A stretch of DNA of 53,156 nucleotides, filler included, from Dirinaria sp. TL-2023a (lineage: Eukaryota), in NCBI GenBank assembly GCA_051941275.1. It is 4 parts of 4 records of this genome, joined end to end, with 100 filler letters (N's around TTAATTAATTAA, not from the genome) between each part and the next. Parts side by side here need not be neighbours in the genome. Positions count along the whole stretch, not along the records: positions 39,964 to 53,156 come from JAVEBF010000705.1; 3 more parts are not named here. One strand, given 5' to 3'. Under the pieces are notes generated by a model that saw only the letters and a program-made list of their open reading frames with translations, did not search any database and was not told where the DNA came from. The position numbers were made by a program, and so were the translations under genes. Shown here piece by piece: positions 48,447 through 53,156 of this stretch (position 1 is the first letter of the stretch; the number at the start of each line of letters is the position of its first letter).

Positions 48447-50277
48447 ATGTTTGGTGGCTCAACGAGCCCAACCGCGTCTTCGAAGGACCAAGAGGGCGGA
48501 GCTACGTCCCCCGTTCATGCAAGACCGAGTAATGGACCTGGCAGTATCCCAGACGGCGTTTCTTTCAAAGGACAAGATGAGCTGCTGGACGATGCAGATA
48601 AACGAAGCAGTGGAGAACAGGCACCTTCGAGAAGGTCCACCGACGAAGTGCCGAGTCCGACTACAGAGAAGAAGCGCAGAAGTAGCGGAATAGCTAAAGC
48701 TGGAGCCCTCTTCTCAAGTGCAAAGCACTCACTCCACATCCATGGGGCCCCGCCTTCAAATACACAAGACACCCAATTAACTACCCAACGATCTACTATG
48801 CAGAAACTCGGTGCAACAGATCCTGCTCTGAGCGTACCTCAGGGCTCCCTCAACAACTCTGCTGGCGAGTCGCGTCCGGGCCCACGATCGACATTCCGCG
48901 TAGGTGTTACAGAGGATAAGAATAAGAAATGCAGGCGCACCATGGAGGATACTCATGCGTATTTGTACAATTTCTTGAGCACGCCCGCGCCGGCAATTGG
49001 CTCCGATGGCGATATGGCATTAAGTAAAAGCCAAGAGTCCAAGGCTACATCGAGTTCGGAGAATAGCTCGAACCAAAGCACCCACGTGGTCGAGACTGAT
49101 AACGGCTACTTTGCGATTTTCGATGGGCACGCTGGGACGTTCGCTGCTGACTGGTGCGGGAAAAAGCTTCATGTCCTTCTTGAGGACATAATACGAAAGA
49201 ATCCAAATGCGCCAGTTCCTGAACTTCTCGACCAGACGTTTACTGCCGTCGACCAGCAGCTTGAGAAGTTGCCATTAAAGAACAGTGGGTGTACCGCTAT
49301 CTGCGCCGTGCTAAGATGGGAAGACCGGATACCGAACGACAAATCGGCCACAGGCTCCACTGCCATCGCGCCTGCGGCAGCGGCTGCAGTCAAGGTTTCG
49401 GCCGAGTCTGTAGCTAGTAATTCGTCTTCGGATCAGTCACAAACGCCTCCGAAAGCCGCTGGTTCGGCTCCAAGTTCATCAGCTGCAGTGCCAAAAATGC
49501 AAGAAACCGCAACTCGACAACGAGTGCTTTACACGGCCAATGTAGGCGACGCACGTATAGTCCTCTGCCGTAACGGCAAAGCTTTACGCCTGTCCTACGA
49601 CCACAAGGGTAGCGATGAGAATGAGGGTAAGCGGATATCCAACGCAGGTGGCTTGATCTTGAACAATCGGGTGAATGGCGTTCTCGCCGTCACGCGTGCA
49701 TTGGGGGATGCGTATATGAAAGATTTGGTTACCGGGCATCCGTATACTACGGAAACGGTCATTCAGCCTGATATCGATGAGTTCCTCATCTTGGCTTGTG
49801 ACGGTGTGAGTGATCTCTCACGACCGCGCGTTCATCCAGTTGTCATTGACTAATTGAACATAGCTCTGGGATGTCTGCAACGACCAAGAAGCTGTGGACC
49901 TCGTTCGACATACCCAAGACCCCCAGGTCTCCTCGAAGCTGCTGGTCGACCATGCGCTCTCGCGCTTCTCTACTGACAACCTCTCCTGCATGATTGTGCG
50001 CTTCGATAGCAAAGCACTGCAGCAAACCGTCGAGCGCAAAGCGGAACCGATCGGCGTTGAAGGAGATCCTCCGACCGTCAAGGGAGGCATCAGCGAGGCG
50101 GATGCGATTGTCAAGGAGGCGCGGAAAAGCATGAGCGATACAAGTAAGCTCGACATCTCGGAGGAAGAAAAGCGCCGATTCAGCCAAGAAATTCTCGAGG
50201 AAGAAGAGGGACAGGAGGCGGGCCCAGAACTGGACCCGGGAGGAATCAAGCACCTTCCTGGTGCGAGGGAAAGGTAA
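48447..50277 (+). CDS. PTC1: Protein phosphatase 2C Ptc1, 2 exons
   Basis: [61 protein letters not shown]. Intron 49806-49863. Confidence 0.93.
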
Positions 50278-50574
50278 CGATGGCACTACTGTTGCTCCAG
50301 TTCTCGGCCCAGCTGCGTGGCCTTGTGTGCGTGCGGTTGAGTGAGCTACATTGCTGTGGGTGGTGGGCGTACGAGTGCAAGGGCGCATGTGGTTTGCTTT
50401 ACCGAGTTATCAGTCCGAATACGGTATCAGACCGATTGCTCCTTCGAGAAGCTCTCTGAAGGCGTCCGAGTCCAGGGTCGAACATGGGATGAACAGCGTG
50501 TGACGAATTGTGTATATTGCAGATCCAGACCCCATTCGTCAGGAAAAATCCAACTGTGTACAGTACTATTTCCG

Positions 50575-50625
50575 TACTGCTACTGCTACTGCTACTGCTA
50601 CTGCTATTGTTATCGCTATTGCTAC
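50575..50625. repeat. (TACTGC)n hexanucleotide microsatellite, degenerate at the 3' end
   Basis: Five perfect TACTGC units followed by tattgt tatcgc tattgc tac. Confidence 0.85.
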
Positions 50626-50948
50626 CACGTGATATTACTTATTATTATTGAAAGTGAGAAGTTCAATATTACGGCAGTGTGGGAGCTACCTAAAGCCAAA
50701 TTGCAAGCCACAATACTTTACTATTAGGGGAATTAATTACTACCTGGGAACTTCCAACGGCCGCCGTTCACGGCTGGACCGATGCGGTCTAGCGTTTTCA
50801 GGGTTCAGCTTATCTTGGAATCTGTTGATTCCAGAAGAGTTTGCCAGCTGGTAACGAGTATTAGCCAACTTTTTGCTTTTTCCTGCCAATTGTTGTTCGG
50901 AACGACATTGTCGTCGTTGTTCTGTTCCACCTTCAATTGCTGACCACC

Positions 50949-52750
50949 ATGTCCGTCATGAGGCATCCGTACCGGATGACCTCTACGAAGCTTACCTCCG
51001 CCTTGACTGCACCAATTCGCCGCAATCTTTCGACAGCTCCACCAAAGCCAATTACTCTCCGGACTTCATGCGCTTCAATCAGACCCAGCTTGCAGAAGCC
51101 TGAGCTGCAGCAATGCACCGGGCGCTCGTACGCAGAAGTAGTGTCACCGCCTACCAAGCGAAGAGGTAGAGGCTTCTTCCGCTGGACGTGGAGGTTGACG
51201 TATCTGTCTGCCTTGGGAGGCCTCGCATACCTAGGCTACAATGTGTACATCCTCCGTACGCCTCGAGAACAGTTCGATCCTGACCCTAACAAGAAAACTT
51301 TGGTCGTCCTTGGTGAGCAGGCTTACCGCCTCAGAAGTAATCGCCAATTGACCCATGCGTGATAGGCACTGGCTGGGGTTCCGTATCCCTACTCAAGAAG
51401 CTCGACACAGAGAACTACAATGTCGTTGTCATCTCGCCCCGCAACTTTTTCCTCTTCACACCTCTTCTACCGTCATGTACAACAGGGACTATCGAGCATC
51501 GCTCGATCATGGAGCCTGTACGGAGCATTCTGAGGCATAAGAACGCAACAGTCAAGTACTACGAAGCGGATGCCACGAAAATCGATCACGAGAAGAAGGT
51601 CGTCTATATCAACGACGACTCTGATATCAAAGGCGACATAACATCGACCGAAGTGCCCTTCGACATGCTTGTGGTCGGCGTTGGGGCCGAGAATGCTACT
51701 TTCGGCATCCAAGGCGTCAAAGAACACTCTTGTTTTCTGAAAGAAGTCGGAGACGCACAGAAAATCCGCAAGCGGATTATGGACTGCGTCGAAACCGCAA
51801 GCTTCAAAGATCAGTCGCCCGAAGAGAGGAAACGTCTGCTTCACATGGTCGTGGTTGGAGGCGGTCCAACCGGCGTTGAGTTCGCAGGCGAACTGCAAGA
51901 TTTTTTCGAGCAAGATCTCCGCAAATGGGTTCCAGAAATACAAGACAATTTCCACGTGACGCTGGTTGAGGCGTTGCCAAAGGTCCTTCCCATGTTTTCC
52001 CAGCAATTGATCGACTACACGGAATCCACTTTCAAAGAAGAAAGCATCAGCATCCGTACAAATACCATGGTCAAGCGAGTCAACGACAAGACCATCGACG
52101 CGGAATTCAAGAGGCCGGATGGCACCGTGGAAAAGGAGAGCATTCCCTATGGCCTCCTTGTATGGGCTACAGGAAATGCCGTGCGACCGGTCGTGAAGGA
52201 TCTGATGAGCCAGATACCTGCACAGAAGGATTCCAGACGTGGGCTAGCCGTGAATGAATACTTGGTTGTGAACGGGACCGAGAACATCTGGGCAGTGGGT
52301 GACTGCGCAATCGCAAACTACGCGCCCACGGCCCAAGTCGCCTCGCAAGAAGGAGCCTTCCTCGCGCGCATGTTCAACGCCCTGGCCAAGAGCGACGCCA
52401 TCAACACCGAATTAGCCAGTCTATCCGAGAAGCAAGCGGTGGAGCGAGACCAGGAAAAGCGGAACGCAATCCTGGACCAGATCAAATCCCTCCAGAAGAA
52501 TCTGCGGAGGGTGAAGCACGTCACCCCGTTCGAGTACAGCCACCAAGGCAGCCTGGCGTACATCGGCAGCGAGAAGGCCGTGGCGGACATCACCACGTGG
52601 AGCGGCAACCTGGCATCGGGCGGCACGATGACTTATCTGTTCTGGCAGAGCGCCTACTTGAGTATGTGCTTCAGCACGCGGAACCGGGTGCTGGTCATTG
52701 TGGATTGGCTGAAGGCGTGGGTGTTCGGGAGGGATGTGAGTCGTGAATAA
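50949..52750 (+). CDS. NDE1: Mitochondrial alternative (type II, external) NADH dehydrogenase, 2 exons
   Basis: R/S/T-rich presequence, TM helix, LVVLG|TGWG, FLFTPLLPS, VVGGGPTGVEFAGEL, APTAQVASQEG, FGRDVSRE. Intron 51313-51365. Confidence 0.92.
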
Positions 52751-53156
52751 AATAAAATGGGGCCTCCACCAATCAAGCCAACAGGGCGGCTTTTGATCAA
52801 AATGCTTTAAAAATAGACTTGGGCCGGCGTTTTTCTTCTTTTCTTTTCTTTTTGTTTTCTTCTTCTTTTTCACAAGGGAAGCTTCTACGGAAGCCACATC
52901 TTTTCCAGGGGTCGATTTTCTCTCCATCTCTCTCCATAGAGCCAGCGATCTGTGTCTACTTACTTCTTCTGGATCGAGTTTTACAATGGATCAAAGTCCA
53001 TAGTTTTGCGACCTACATTAACAAAAGAAGGCGAACTTGATTCGTTTTTACCTACCTACCTATCTACCTACCTACCAAAAGAAAAGAAAGATGGGGGGTA
53101 TCTTTGACTCTACTACATATTCTAATGAAAATGAAAAACTCTCTTTTATCATCCCC

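Noticed and set aside
50341..50727. ORF with a (YC)n repeat suggesting a metal-binding peptide
   Set aside because: It is the translation of the TACTGC microsatellite downstream of PTC1, and the ORF has a non-ATG start
1..53156. tRNA, rRNA, CRISPR arrays or intact transposons
   Set aside because: None recognised by eye; tRNAscan-SE, Infernal and a repeat search were not run

Overview
Intron-containing filamentous ascomycete (Pezizomycotina) DNA; a lichen-forming lineage is possible but is only an inference. The window is not one locus. It is four contigs of 13,238, 13,222, 13,203 and 13,193 nt joined by identical artificial 100-nt linkers (N44-TTAATTAATTAA-N44) in decreasing size order, so adjacency across linkers has no biological meaning. 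Contig 1 carries SAM synthetase, GPN3, an Apq12-like protein, a 3-LIM paxillin-like protein and an MCT-type MFS transporter. Contig 2 is a decaying accessory island: a tandem F-box-like protein, a DHA2 MFS pseudogene, an amidohydrolase with one premature stop, a frameshifted VBA-type MFS and a sarcosine/dimethylglycine N-methyltransferase-like relic. It shows CC/GG-depleted patches and a sharp right boundary at TTAC-N7-A, suggesting Starship-like cargo. Contig 3 carries CDC6, a Kex2-processed two-domain secreted protein, MCM7 and PEX1. Contig 4 carries Dpb11/Cut5, an Aly-type arrestin, PTC1 and NDE1. The main leads are: two consecutive GC-AG introns around a 28-nt microexon in SAM synthetase, GC-AG first introns in both CDC6 and MCM7, the contig 2 island with non-CpA RIP-like mutation, the Kex2 polyprotein, and a possible CUG-initiated PTC1 extension. 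All gene models were built by hand from translation and splice motifs; no database searches were run.
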